DNA of 64,000 bases from a candidate division WWE3 bacterium (GTDB lineage: Bacteria; Patescibacteriota; WWE3; 2-01-FULL-39-13), in contig JALWZX010000011.1 of NCBI GenBank assembly GCA_027002375.1, positions 18,317-82,316 on the forward strand. Reading direction: 5' to 3'. The notes under the pieces were generated by a model. The model was given only the letters and a program-made list of their open reading frames with translations, was not told the DNA's origin and made no database searches. Of this stretch, positions 10,401 through 18,825 are shown in pieces (position 1 is the first letter of the stretch; each line of letters opens with the position of its first letter). The position numbers were made by a program, and so were the translations under genes.

Positions 10401-11211
10401 GTACAACTTCATACTCAACTTCTAGCACAGGAGATATATCAATAGTAGAAGAGTGTTCTTTAGAGTAAAAGTTATATTGAACATTGCTAGATGAAAAGGA
10501 ATCTATATACATACCATTATTCTTTATTGTTCCATTTACCAAATCTTGAATTAAATCGGTAACGTCTATCGTTACATCACCATTTATACTAGAAATCATA
10601 GGCGATTGTGCATAAGTCTTGTCACCCATTTGTGGCCTTGTATTCCACGTTACACTTCGCTCGTTCCAATCACCTTCAACACCTTTCACTTTAAACCAAA
10701 TAGAATTTTCATTACTTCTAGCATTAACATGCAATTTTAATTTAGCACTTCTTATAACTTTTCCATTTAATTGGATTAGATCAAACTTTATTAATGGTCG
10801 TTTTATACCTGGCCTAACCGCAACTTCTGTAATATTACCGGCATTGACATCTGGATTCCATCTATCAACAAAAGTGTCTTCTACAGCTCCCAAGTTAACT
10901 CTTGAAACACCCAAAACCTTCGTATCTTTAGATATGCTTGCACTGTTACCTTCTACATTAGCCATTGATAGTTCATGCACATAATCAGGGCATACGCCTT
11001 CAGTAGTAAAGGTAGCATTGTGTACACCACCCTCAAAATCACCATTAACAATTTTACTGGAATCTTCTGACGAGGCTTTTTGTATAAAATTTACACTAAG
11101 AAAAGTAGCACCAACTAATACAAAAGCTAGAATTGCAAGCAAAATTACAACAAGATAATTTTTCCTGAGAATCTTAACACGATAATATAACTTCTTAAAA
11201 GGTCTGGACAT
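4405..11211 (-). CDS. giant membrane-anchored multimodular glycoside hydrolase/adhesin (DNRLRE domain, two GH-A-clan-like barrels, several CBM-like modules; 2268 aa)
   Basis: N-terminal TM; DNRLRE motifs (EDTFVD, LIKFDL, SAKLKL, WNERSVTWN, PVLEVEY); barrel 1 (FKNDDRVIGVVYGPGSAGE); barrel 2 (IKYVEFGSEPEIW, TPHSYP, IPTEWE) followed by a beta-sandwich (VSTYAY...FVIVNRH); two C-terminal F.(Y/F)DND...D.NL modules resembling Ca-dependent xylan-binding CBMs. Confidence 0.8.
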   Translation of the reverse strand: MSRPFKKLYYRVKILRKNYLVVILLAILAFVLVGATFLSVNFIQKASSEDSSKIVNGDFEGGVHNATFTTEGVCPDYVHELSMANVEGNSASISKDTKVLGVSRVNLGAVEDTFVDRWNPDVNAGNITEVAVRPGIKRPLIKFDLIQLNGKVIRSAKLKLHVNARSNENSIWFKVKGVEGDWNERSVTWNTRPQMGDKTYAQSPMISSINGDVTIDVTDLIQDLVNGTIKNNGMYIDSFSSSNVQYNFYSKEHSSTIDISPVLEVEYEVVHDASQNEKNSTPDLSDNVENIPAGGIIPNDSDDMDVKTYKLPEPVRKDTINTSGLMVDRSDIDDAQRWIDRNPGVHIILMNVSWAQTDGDWGRIKNQLNKLRPENKVIIRLMSSGYSDFSKLPNGQQYDAYVPQRIASNPSNMIYVNDDAKCSAWRLNYLSPSTISEMKKWTRSFAKEFKNDDRVIGVVYGPGSAGEAKPWMTTQYGGCSTDAWRDAFMNSSYKYKETKDPRYVYDYIVPVVSEIGEEWKDVSKDISVQTSSGYVFPFMGEAWRKYLAKYRVGIQESGLYPIQTGCLKAFDKRYNRIYMQLQYPKYTPADFDVHMHTMWLEAEALGWGYPSNREYHHFYEPYVSSRALFEWTFRNSVARRNRRIMLWMSNDPNDPVTGSWYKIPQDIIAFGNKYLGIPPKDNDTIWITFKGRPVNDNFYCFDYFNYTYGMKTDLELANRWSPKNSDDLTAWSKDKEFRDLTKSTGEGKNDWRYYSARYIDKNILIDVDDEWVKKLNGKKVLLKMTWLDNDNGTFDIVYAGESGSTKLVTVKKHNTKKWVSGSWIIENPVFNGAIGDSNSNLPDYLKPRWPNGFDIMLKDNSDGRDVISELILTTAGTGVQTFDVGDSAGFETNDTKTEVEKSQVCTVGTVGNKWRRVGPVTVPQGFLVTSVKSATGKKSQKIHAEGAEVGIKYDSDLLLDSNTYSISADVFVERGKLRVFIKDATDDSVVVVQDVSKSENWDNINLVFKAHSGRKYNLYFLSDSNASNDFYIDNVTLMKNVTNDNETDEITGFSGTEISSLEMNVENKYVSAFSRALLGQNLTPKASSVLNENDESLYIAPLKDLKVPLYRYSDKSYVYIPNPDINEWSFASGSDDYIKKYDGSSVEFVRSGRIFQYIDAKKFKKGAKYKVSVVYSVIGDHAMVNNKMRLRGTVVYKDQLRFYIGSTMLFDENVQNVDNTSNHKTKSIYFTYNPLLNKDAGVVRIVIGLTDRNDDNTKLIVDKFSIREVDNNGNSVGQELVDDSDFNRVVFKDGRFPLTSGLLDKYLSLAKSINGDFIFSVQPGATIEPSSCKSGHCNTNADAIRNDVINNPDFDEMIRELFDIIDYSKEVGKPIKYVEFGSEPEIWWTNYDNSYNYGIGHDRVYARYKLYGEMYALFAKRFKQRYSDVELGAYIGYGDSWKYSLNGFWDGFNKVDNGNIAKPDFWTPHSYPLRAWGDGLCRVNDSVDKKACVDNSLANYGKDVYCDRSVNEIVTSDERGKEIVIGNVNVNLSDNVKSKIEKDIESYKFLDAFYECSTQYLNNKGLSNVKYIPTEWETSGSTSVAWGTVSDELFTADMLSRYAKLGVYGATHFSTWGGDSIISGYGNVSPPYLTFKLYDKYISRAPYMLETNNDKEETVSTYAYTDKKNAVYFVIVNRHIRDGYSSVKLNLPGGLNLDKSNVQEYVVGCYEESRGSSCIYDADRSALNGVLVDYRNADNVLNTVAPKTVDLSNDTIKVKNHSWYLLKYTIDNNPPPGNICFSDNSIKFDNINVIQSINPAPSVKVTVSIKTGSDISDGARLKLSRIYVSDGITVEKTIVNNVAVAKNTDYNFADVYNYKDERNTTDEFPLNSKFKYKVVISDDGCSDEATDVINDLNLFDPQGMVVAKNDICTVKGWVRDQDKPAEGVGINIAIDDPSNRIKDMVADDYRSDLEVQFGGKKFAYHGFSVNLDNYINDEVEHKVYIVAKNIEGTGGNDTEIWNSPVAIRCLKPESPRTKKIVMSAKKENFGDVDRLPRISVYNGDTKYTSVYIDKDDFNDYVVEVPVGTDIKDLDFVYDNDDSSEESGLDVNLVIKSIKDNDTNVVYDNLSASYCKYNFFDENFDLHMYCGGDIRVVGDDTQNSRIEYVIARSQVSGIAKSKRAKLSIMLNDRLIGTAFVEDLSNHKYPFRVPLLDGFYPYGDIVFRFDNDFYSSDPSGDLNLVLVSSTNNEKRCDRFILDNTCNKSSDVETYMYCKGNAKVDLNSCVN

Positions 11212-11366
11212 TAATGTAATTATACAATATCTCTATCAATATGAGAACTACAACAAACCATTATCTGCCACAGGTTTATGCATATTATAATATGCTTTAG
11301 CAAGCACTTTTATCAAAAAAATCACAATCTCTTGTATTTCAAGCAATCACCCCTTACAATCAAACC

Positions 11367-12572
11367 ATGACCACTGAAATAACATACTTAATATCATCAA
11401 TAATTGTTACCTTTACCTTATTTGGTGCAGTAATGTATTTCATGAACAAACGTTTCAAAGAAATTCAAGACAAGAATTCCACCAAAGAAAAAGATGAAAT
11501 ATTAACAAAATGGCTTGAAAACATGCAACAAACTCTAGAAACTCGACTTGAAAATGTGCAAGGAACTGTAAACGGGCAACTAAAAAATGTTCAATCTGAA
11601 TTACACCAAACCACAAATACATTAAACAAACGATTCGATTCAAATGCGCAAGATCTAAACAAACGTCTAGACCACTCTGCAGAACTAATGAGCAAACTGC
11701 AAAAAGAACTTGGCTCAATGAGTGAAATTGGTCGAAGCATGAAAGATCTGCAAGACTTTTTAAAATCACCAAAATTAAGGGGAAACATAGGCGAAGAAGT
11801 TTTAAAGGATATGCTAGAACAAATGCTGCCATCTGATCAATACAAACTGCAACATACCTTTTCTACAGGCGATCGCGTAGATGCTTTACTAAAACTAACA
11901 GAAGGTTACGTGTCTGTTGACTCTAAATTCCCAATGGAAAATTTTACAAAAATGATGCAAGCTGAAACACAAGATGATCGTGAAAGATGTAGAAAAGACT
12001 TTCACAAAGATGTTAAAAAGCATATTAATGACATTTCGAAAAAGTACATATTAACAGATGAAGGTACTGTGGATTTTGCTTTGATGTACATACCTAGCGA
12101 AGCGATTTATTACGAAGTGGTAGTAAACAACCCAGAGCTTGGCAAATATGCTTGGGAAAAACGCGTTTTACCAGTATCACCAAACGTATTTTACTCTTAC
12201 TTAAAGGCAATAATGATAGGTTTAGAGGGCAAAAAAGTAGAATCACGCGCGAAAGAAATTTTAAGACAAATTCAGGGTATCAAAAAAGATGCAGAAAAGT
12301 TTTCTGATGGGTTGCGGGTTTTAACAAAACATATAACAAATGCTAAAAACTCTGCCGACACAGTAAATAGCAGCTTCGAAAAACTAGACGCAAAAATTGA
12401 CAATTTAAGTAATGTTCAAATAGCTGGTGAAGAGAAAGCAAATATAATTGAAAGTGATATGGGGAATTCAACCGAAAATGTTGCATTAGAATCGAATTCA
12501 AATGATTCAAATGGCAAAAACAACAGCACCGACACCTCGCATGATTCAGAACAAATTGGTTTGATAGATTAA
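11367..12572 (+). CDS. rmuC: DNA recombination protein RmuC
   Basis: N-terminal TM and coiled coil, KLRGNIGE, DRVDA, VDSKFP, KHINDISKKYI, TVDFALMYIPSEAIY, VSPN. Confidence 0.95.
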   Translation: MTTEITYLISSIIVTFTLFGAVMYFMNKRFKEIQDKNSTKEKDEILTKWLENMQQTLETRLENVQGTVNGQLKNVQSELHQTTNTLNKRFDSNAQDLNKRLDHSAELMSKLQKELGSMSEIGRSMKDLQDFLKSPKLRGNIGEEVLKDMLEQMLPSDQYKLQHTFSTGDRVDALLKLTEGYVSVDSKFPMENFTKMMQAETQDDRERCRKDFHKDVKKHINDISKKYILTDEGTVDFALMYIPSEAIYYEVVVNNPELGKYAWEKRVLPVSPNVFYSYLKAIMIGLEGKKVESRAKEILRQIQGIKKDAEKFSDGLRVLTKHITNAKNSADTVNSSFEKLDAKIDNLSNVQIAGEEKANIIESDMGNSTENVALESNSNDSNGKNNSTDTSHDSEQIGLID

Positions 12573-12574
12573 TT

Positions 12575-13510
12575 ATGAACCCGAATATTGCAGATATTGA
12601 GCTACCACTTAATGCAGACCCTAAAGATACAATTGCTACACCAACATCTAGCGATCCCACAGATGAAAAAGAAATGCCACCATCACACGAACAATCTATT
12701 TCACCCGCACAGATAAAAAACATAAGAGCATCTACAGCAATGTTGTTTTTAACCCTAATGCTACTCTTGTCATCATGCCAAAACACAAGCGATACCATAA
12801 ACTTAGCAAACCAAATAAATGCTCTTAACCAACAATTAATTGCAACAGCTATTCCCCAAGAAAGATATGAATTCTTAATGCAAAACCCACCTCAACCATT
12901 TGAATATAATGGGTTTCCAGCTTGGTTTGGTGATTACATGAAACAAATAGAATCAAATAAAAGCGATAAAACGTTTATAAAAATTGAGAACCCCGACGAT
13001 AATGGTGCTTTTGCAATCACATTCAACCTATTAGACCTGTTAGATACAGATAATATATTGCCTTCAAATGCAAAAACCGTACAAACACCCTTCGCAGTTT
13101 TATTAACAATATCGCCAGAAGACATTATTAGATCTTTTGAAAACAAGGGAATACAACATGCAGCTACCCACGCATTACCACTTCACACTCCTGAATCCGT
13201 AACATCTAATCATTCAATACAATACACACCAACACTAGTTATGCCGTCTGAAAACGAAGATTTTCCAATATTGGGCAGAGCATTTTCAATGTGCCTAAGA
13301 GAAACAGACACTGACAAAAACCAAACAATTCGCGAAACAGGAATCGCTTATATATTGCTAGGAATAAAAGAAGGTAACAGCATAAGGCCACTAACTTCAG
13401 CCGACATAACAAATCCAAAAGATAAAGAACTAGCTTTATTCTTAGTCATCAATAACCCAGACAATTCAGAAAAATACATTCCCTTCTCTCAATACGTAAA
13501 TGTCAACTAA
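12575..13510 (+). CDS. hypothetical exported/lipoprotein-like protein
   Basis: Starts 2 nt after the rmuC stop; hydrophobic stretch ending in lipobox-like LLSSC. Confidence 0.7.
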   Translation: MNPNIADIELPLNADPKDTIATPTSSDPTDEKEMPPSHEQSISPAQIKNIRASTAMLFLTLMLLLSSCQNTSDTINLANQINALNQQLIATAIPQERYEFLMQNPPQPFEYNGFPAWFGDYMKQIESNKSDKTFIKIENPDDNGAFAITFNLLDLLDTDNILPSNAKTVQTPFAVLLTISPEDIIRSFENKGIQHAATHALPLHTPESVTSNHSIQYTPTLVMPSENEDFPILGRAFSMCLRETDTDKNQTIRETGIAYILLGIKEGNSIRPLTSADITNPKDKELALFLVINNPDNSEKYIPFSQYVNVN

Positions 13511-13511
13511 A

Positions 13512-14225
13512 TCAATATTTCTTACTATCCCCACCAAACCGCCTCTCACGACCAGCATAATCCTTCAAAGCCTTTTTATACTCATCAACACCAAAATCTG
13601 GCATAAACGTATCCGTAAAATAAAGCTCGGCGTCAGCTATCTGCCAAATCAAATATCCAGAAGTCCTCAAATTTCCCCCTGTTCTAATCATAAAATCAAC
13701 ATCAGGTTGCCCAGCAGTATACAAATGCTCACTAATCGTCTCTTGTGTAATATTTTTTGGTGGAATTCCCTCACTAACAATTTCTTTAACAGCTTTTGTA
13801 ATTTCTGCTCTACCCTCATACCCAATAGCCCAATTAACAACAAGTTTAGGATTATCAACTTTTTGAGACATTTTCTTATTCGCCAACCTAGCCAGCCCCT
13901 TAGGAAAACCATCCCAAGAACCAATATGTCTATTCTCTACACCATTCTTACGTGCTCGATCAAACAAGCTCTCATTATTAAGCTCAGCCTCAAAAAGCTT
14001 CATCGCAGCAGACACAAAATCTTTACTACGCTTAAAATTCTTAGGAGACCATGCCCAAAGAGTCAAATACTCAACACCAATATTAGCAGAGTACTCAATC
14101 AACTCTTCAATACGTTTCAAAGCCTCTTTATGCCCCTCTACATAAGGCAAATTATGTGATACAGCCCACCTTCTGTTACCATCCATAATAATGGCTACAT
14201 GGGTGGGGGTATTTAGCTTAAACAT
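13512..14225 (-). CDS. uppS: di-trans,poly-cis-undecaprenyl diphosphate synthase
   Basis: PTHVAIIMDGNRRWA, GH, MIRTGGNLRTSGYLIWQ, AELYF, RERRFGG. Confidence 0.96.
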   Translation of the reverse strand: MFKLNTPTHVAIIMDGNRRWAVSHNLPYVEGHKEALKRIEELIEYSANIGVEYLTLWAWSPKNFKRSKDFVSAAMKLFEAELNNESLFDRARKNGVENRHIGSWDGFPKGLARLANKKMSQKVDNPKLVVNWAIGYEGRAEITKAVKEIVSEGIPPKNITQETISEHLYTAGQPDVDFMIRTGGNLRTSGYLIWQIADAELYFTDTFMPDFGVDEYKKALKDYAGRERRFGGDSKKY

Positions 14226-14342
14226 TTATTTATTTGTTAAATATATCATAAAATTACTGATTGCCAAATTATAACATACAGTTAACAATCATTAACAAAT
14301 GTCGTATAATTTGTCAGAAGTGGTTGTAAAACATACCCTAAA

Positions 14343-15365
14343 ATGGAAGAAGCACATATTAAGGAACATACACAAAATAAAATAACATTGGTTTGTAACC
14401 CAATATTCGTTGCTGCAACGCATTATGAGGACGCATTAACACCAAGAGATATACCTATAGCATCTTTTCAAGAGTTTGAACACAGTCCTGATCCAGTAAT
14501 TAGTTGGGCGTTACACAGGGTTGCCGAAACGTCTGCGTCAGATGCTTTGCGTCAAATCAGTAGCGAATTGATTTATAGAAGACCACCCTACTATGTACGA
14601 ACCGCCCCATCCCCAAAGGCTAAAGGGATATTTGACATGGTAGTTGCCGACGCTTTGGAACCAATTAATATAGGGAAAAATACACTTCTACTATTTTCAC
14701 ACGCCTCAAGGATCATCTCAAAACATCCAGATATTGGTTCGAGAAAAGCATATGTACTTGGGTTACTTGAAAACCAAAAAGAAACTGATCGATTGTTAGG
14801 CTCATCATCTATCCAGGCAATAATAGCATTTGCAACAGCATTAGGTTTGCAAAGAAGAGATTTTATTACTATAGATATGCACGATCCTCGCCACTCTAGA
14901 TTTAGAATCGAAGACGATACTGGAGTGGACGTAACTGCAATTCACTCTTATTTGAAACAATCCTTAGGACGCACAAAATTAGACACACGGACACTCGTAG
15001 AACTAGGTGAGTTGTGGAAAAGTATAGAAATGCCATTAATATCTGCTACATCACGTAGTAGAGTTAATAGTTTTACCAGTATAATAGTAACAAAAGCTTT
15101 TACTGATATCATCGTTACACATTATAAAGAAAACCGAATTGTCCCACGGGAAGCACGAAAACTTGCTGGTAAAAACCCGCTTACAGGTCCAATATATGGC
15201 AACATATCAATAGTATTCGAGTCGACCGCAACGCTTGCTTTACTTAGAGCATTGAAAAGCACATCAATAGACAGGGATACACTAATTACTGTCATAAAAA
15301 ACAACTATCCAACCACGCAATTCAGTCTAGCCAAACCAAGAATGTCCATAAAACCAACCGTGTAA
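14343..15365 (+). CDS. hypothetical protein (340 aa, ORFan-like)
   Basis: Long open frame filling the gap between uppS and the aldolase; no motif recognised. Confidence 0.65.
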   Translation: MEEAHIKEHTQNKITLVCNPIFVAATHYEDALTPRDIPIASFQEFEHSPDPVISWALHRVAETSASDALRQISSELIYRRPPYYVRTAPSPKAKGIFDMVVADALEPINIGKNTLLLFSHASRIISKHPDIGSRKAYVLGLLENQKETDRLLGSSSIQAIIAFATALGLQRRDFITIDMHDPRHSRFRIEDDTGVDVTAIHSYLKQSLGRTKLDTRTLVELGELWKSIEMPLISATSRSRVNSFTSIIVTKAFTDIIVTHYKENRIVPREARKLAGKNPLTGPIYGNISIVFESTATLALLRALKSTSIDRDTLITVIKNNYPTTQFSLAKPRMSIKPTV

Positions 15366-15473
15366 AACCAATGCAAATCCATGGCACGCATAATAACTGA
15401 CCAACAAACCAACAACTTAGATGACACAACAATAGTGGTGAGAATTCCAAATACTAATGCTACAATAGAAACA

Positions 15474-16358
15474 ATGACTGAACCACAAAAAGACAAACCT
15501 ACCCTAAAACAACCAATTAAAATTTTCGCGATAGACCACAGAGGCTCACTTAAAAAGATTCTAAACGAAAACCTATTATCAAAATTCAAGTTATTAACAA
15601 CGAAAACGTTCGCCCCTTATAACACAGCGGTTTTAGTCGATCCTGAATATGGGGCTGAAACGATTGAATTTGTAAAAAACAATCATCTTCAACTGCTTCT
15701 GACTCGTGAAAAAACTGGTTATACACCAAGCGATGGCGGTCGCGAATTAGAGTTATACGAGAAATTTACTTCTCAAAAGCTAAAAGAAATGGGGGCAAGT
15801 GCAATCAAACTTTTATATTATTACAATTCAAAAGCTCCTAATACGTTCGACCAGCTTACAATGCTGAAAAAGGTTAAAGCCGAAGCCGATGCGGTTAATT
15901 TACCACTTTTGGTTGAACCTATTACCTACCCTTTAGAAAATGATGTGGAATTCAACCGTGGTACCGAAACCTTGCGTGCTATCGAAGCAATTCAACCACA
16001 TTGTGATATTTTAAAGATTGAATTCCCAACTAACACGAACTTTCATAAGTTATTCGACAAAATGCCAGAAGATATAGACGAACAAGTTAATGCTGGGTTA
16101 AACGAAGGTATTAAGTATCTAGAAAAATTCCCTACTCTAATCGATAAACCCTGGGTTCTGTTAAGTCGTGGCATGCCATTTGATGTTTACATTGAAGCAT
16201 TAAAGCTCTCTAAACAATATGGAGCAAGCGGTTACGCAGTCGGTCGTGCGGTATGGCAAGAAATTTCTGAAATGAATTCCAACTGGCAAAAAATCGAGGA
16301 ATTTATAACAACAACTGCCCTCGAAAGAATGCAAGAAATTTCAGCTACATTTGATTAA
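15474..16358 (+). CDS. lacD: class I aldolase of the tagatose-1,6-bisphosphate aldolase (LacD) family
   Basis: AIDHRGSL, VLVDPEYG, ASAIKLLYYY, LLVEP, DILKIEFP (Schiff-base Lys), PWVLLSRG, GYAVGRAVW; start moved from 15381 to the in-frame ATG 15474, which has TGnTACAAT 7 nt upstream. Confidence 0.85.
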   Translation: MTEPQKDKPTLKQPIKIFAIDHRGSLKKILNENLLSKFKLLTTKTFAPYNTAVLVDPEYGAETIEFVKNNHLQLLLTREKTGYTPSDGGRELELYEKFTSQKLKEMGASAIKLLYYYNSKAPNTFDQLTMLKKVKAEADAVNLPLLVEPITYPLENDVEFNRGTETLRAIEAIQPHCDILKIEFPTNTNFHKLFDKMPEDIDEQVNAGLNEGIKYLEKFPTLIDKPWVLLSRGMPFDVYIEALKLSKQYGASGYAVGRAVWQEISEMNSNWQKIEEFITTTALERMQEISATFD

Positions 16359-16425
16359 GTTTGGCAAGAACAAACTATTTCAATTACATACTTCACCAAT
16401 CTACATATTTTGTTAATATCTAATT

Positions 16426-17292
16426 ATGTACATATCAATAGATATCGGTGGAACCAAAACAAGAGTTACGTCAAAGTCAAAAATTGACCAACAAAACCTA
16501 ATAGATTTTGAAAAATTTCACGTTTTCAATACACCAAAAAACTTAAAATCCCTTAAATCACATATCAAAGAAACAATACTCGATAATTTTCAAATAAAAG
16601 AGACAGAAATAGATGCTCTAATTATAGGCGTAGCTGGAATGATAGACAGAAAAGAACAAAAAGTGTTATTTGCACCCAATGTTCCCTATCTAAATACAAA
16701 AAAAGTATTAGAAATCGTGCCGTTCAAGAACCTAAAGAAAAATACAGCTTTCGTAGAAAACGATGCATCTCTAGCAGGTCTAGCCGAATCAGTTGCAGGT
16801 GTCGCAACAGCATACAATGTAGTTGCATACATAACAATCAGCACAGGCGTAGGTGGTGAACGTATAATAAACAAAAAAATAGACGACTCAAGATACAATT
16901 ACGAACCCGGCCATCACATAATAGATCGCGAAGGCCCAACAGACACCAAAACTGGCATACATGGCTCATTTGAAGCATTTTCTTCAGGCAATGCTTTTAG
17001 AGAAATTTATCAGTTGTCCCCGCAAGATTGTGTAGACGACTTAATCTGGGAATCTTACGCAGAAGATCTATCGGTTGGTTTGTACAATGTAATCATGATG
17101 TGGCAACCCGAAGTAATAGTGCTAGGCGGTGGACTTTCACAAAAAGCTGATTATTTTTTAAAGCATTTACAAGAATATCTAGACAACATGGTTTGGTTCA
17201 ACCGCCCTATTCCAGACATAAAAGTCTCACATTTCGATAATAAAAACGTACTAATTGGCGGTTATGTCTATCTAAATCAAAAAATAAATTAA
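16426..17292 (+). CDS. ROK family sugar kinase
   Basis: IDIGGTK, GVAG, VENDASLAGLAE, YITISTGVGG, EPGH, EAFSSG, VIVLGGG. Confidence 0.93.
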   Translation: MYISIDIGGTKTRVTSKSKIDQQNLIDFEKFHVFNTPKNLKSLKSHIKETILDNFQIKETEIDALIIGVAGMIDRKEQKVLFAPNVPYLNTKKVLEIVPFKNLKKNTAFVENDASLAGLAESVAGVATAYNVVAYITISTGVGGERIINKKIDDSRYNYEPGHHIIDREGPTDTKTGIHGSFEAFSSGNAFREIYQLSPQDCVDDLIWESYAEDLSVGLYNVIMMWQPEVIVLGGGLSQKADYFLKHLQEYLDNMVWFNRPIPDIKVSHFDNKNVLIGGYVYLNQKIN

Positions 17293-17318
17293 TATTTTGG
17301 GGGGAATCAAGCCGAAAA

Positions 17319-18494
17319 TCACTGTTTCTCAGCTGATCCTGCAAACAAACCTTTCGCTGTATACCAAAAGAATGGGTTGTTATTTTGCTCTTTTTCCCAA
17401 AGCCACCATTCTGCGCCCCACACATAAATATCTTTAACACCTGACTTTTGCGCATAGTTTAACGTTTGCCAAAAGTGTCTCTTAGACATTGTTTTGTCTT
17501 TTTGTTCCTGTGTTAATTGGGAATTCAAACCTGGTCCCCATGGCTCAGCTTGCAATTCAGTAACAATTAATTTATCAAATGGAACACCAGTTAAATGAGC
17601 TTTTATTTTATATGTCCAATGAGCCAATGGATACTGAAAATAGATTGATTTCCCAAAAACTAACCCCCAAAAATCGAACCAAATACGTCTATACATCGAA
17701 ATTGCTAAATAATCTGCCAAATTATAAGTCATAAACCATACCCCACCCTCGCCACTATCTTGTATTACAATTGGGCGATTATGATCGTCAGCTTTTCTTA
17801 CAATTGCAACCTCATCTTTGACCTCATCTACCGTTACAGGCTCACAAACTCCAAACGGAAAAAATGGCTCATTTTCAACCTGCCACATTTTAATATTATC
17901 GTAATCTTTTAGTTCCATGACAGTTCTTTCAACAAATTCATATTGTTCAATCTTTTTCATTTCCGAACTGTTGATTTCATGCCACCATTTTGGTGCAAAA
18001 CACTCTGGCCATCGTGGCACCTTTCGCCCAACTGTAAGAATAACATCTGCATCGCGTTTTTGAGCTTCAGCTAATTGCCATTTAATTCTAGAGTAATCAT
18101 AGCGGTCGTTTTGGGGCTCGATTTCGCTCCAATATGCAACCAACCGCAAATGTTTAACACCTAAATCATCTAAAATCTTTGTATAAGTATCTCTCCAATC
18201 GAGCCCCATCTCTTCAGAATACAAATCACTAAAAGTGATACCCCAATTAACATTTTTGGCTGGTTTTGGTCGCCAAATAAAAAATAATATAAGTGGAAAT
18301 GCTAAAAACAGAATAAACGTAATGGTTAAAATTTTAAGTAGTTTTAAGCTAAACAGCTTTCTTAACAAGCATTCTGCCTCTTGTACATCGTTATTTCCAA
18401 CACAAACAATTCTTTGCTTTATTTTTTTGTGGGAATTCTTATCGTTTTTTACAGCTTTTTCATTGCTAGTACTATTAGATAACTTTTTAGGCAT
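17319..18494 (-). CDS. membrane-anchored glycoside hydrolase (GH-A clan; GH42/GH5-like)
   Basis: TM helix, WGITFS, RLVAYWSEIEP, WQVENEP (acid/base Glu), VTELQAEPW (nucleophile Glu), WGAEWW. Confidence 0.85.
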   Translation of the reverse strand: MPKKLSNSTSNEKAVKNDKNSHKKIKQRIVCVGNNDVQEAECLLRKLFSLKLLKILTITFILFLAFPLILFFIWRPKPAKNVNWGITFSDLYSEEMGLDWRDTYTKILDDLGVKHLRLVAYWSEIEPQNDRYDYSRIKWQLAEAQKRDADVILTVGRKVPRWPECFAPKWWHEINSSEMKKIEQYEFVERTVMELKDYDNIKMWQVENEPFFPFGVCEPVTVDEVKDEVAIVRKADDHNRPIVIQDSGEGGVWFMTYNLADYLAISMYRRIWFDFWGLVFGKSIYFQYPLAHWTYKIKAHLTGVPFDKLIVTELQAEPWGPGLNSQLTQEQKDKTMSKRHFWQTLNYAQKSGVKDIYVWGAEWWLWEKEQNNNPFFWYTAKGLFAGSAEKQ

Positions 18495-18539
18495 TAAAAC
18501 AATTATACTAGTTTTTCAAAACATATGTAATCATCGATT

Positions 18540-18607
18540 TTTCACGCATGAATTGAGTTAATTACATAATAATTAGCGATCATTTATCACTGACTTACAT
18601 AGTGATA
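18540..18607 (-). repeat. repeat family A, degenerate inverted copy
   Basis: gagttaattacataataattagcgat matches the reverse complement of the family A core (atcgctaattattatattgactaactc); remnant palindrome tatcact...agtgata at 18585-18607. Confidence 0.5.
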
Positions 18608-18825
18608 CCTGTGATGATATTCAATACCATTTCTGAAAACTTTAGATTTAGTTTACAAAAATTTTTGTTTTGTACTTATTATCATAGAAAACAATAAATT
18701 TTTGCACGTAACCTCTCATCTCTAAAACACCAATTGCACATTGTCTACCACTCAACTTCCGTACACTTATTTTACACAAACATGGCGTATAAGATATGCG
18801 TAAATTCATGGTATAATTTAATTAA

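Noticed and set aside
13500-14159. 219-aa plus-strand ORF and the many other short antisense ORFs inside long genes
   Set aside because: They lie opposite well-supported genes such as uppS, the adhesin, the RND pump and groEL
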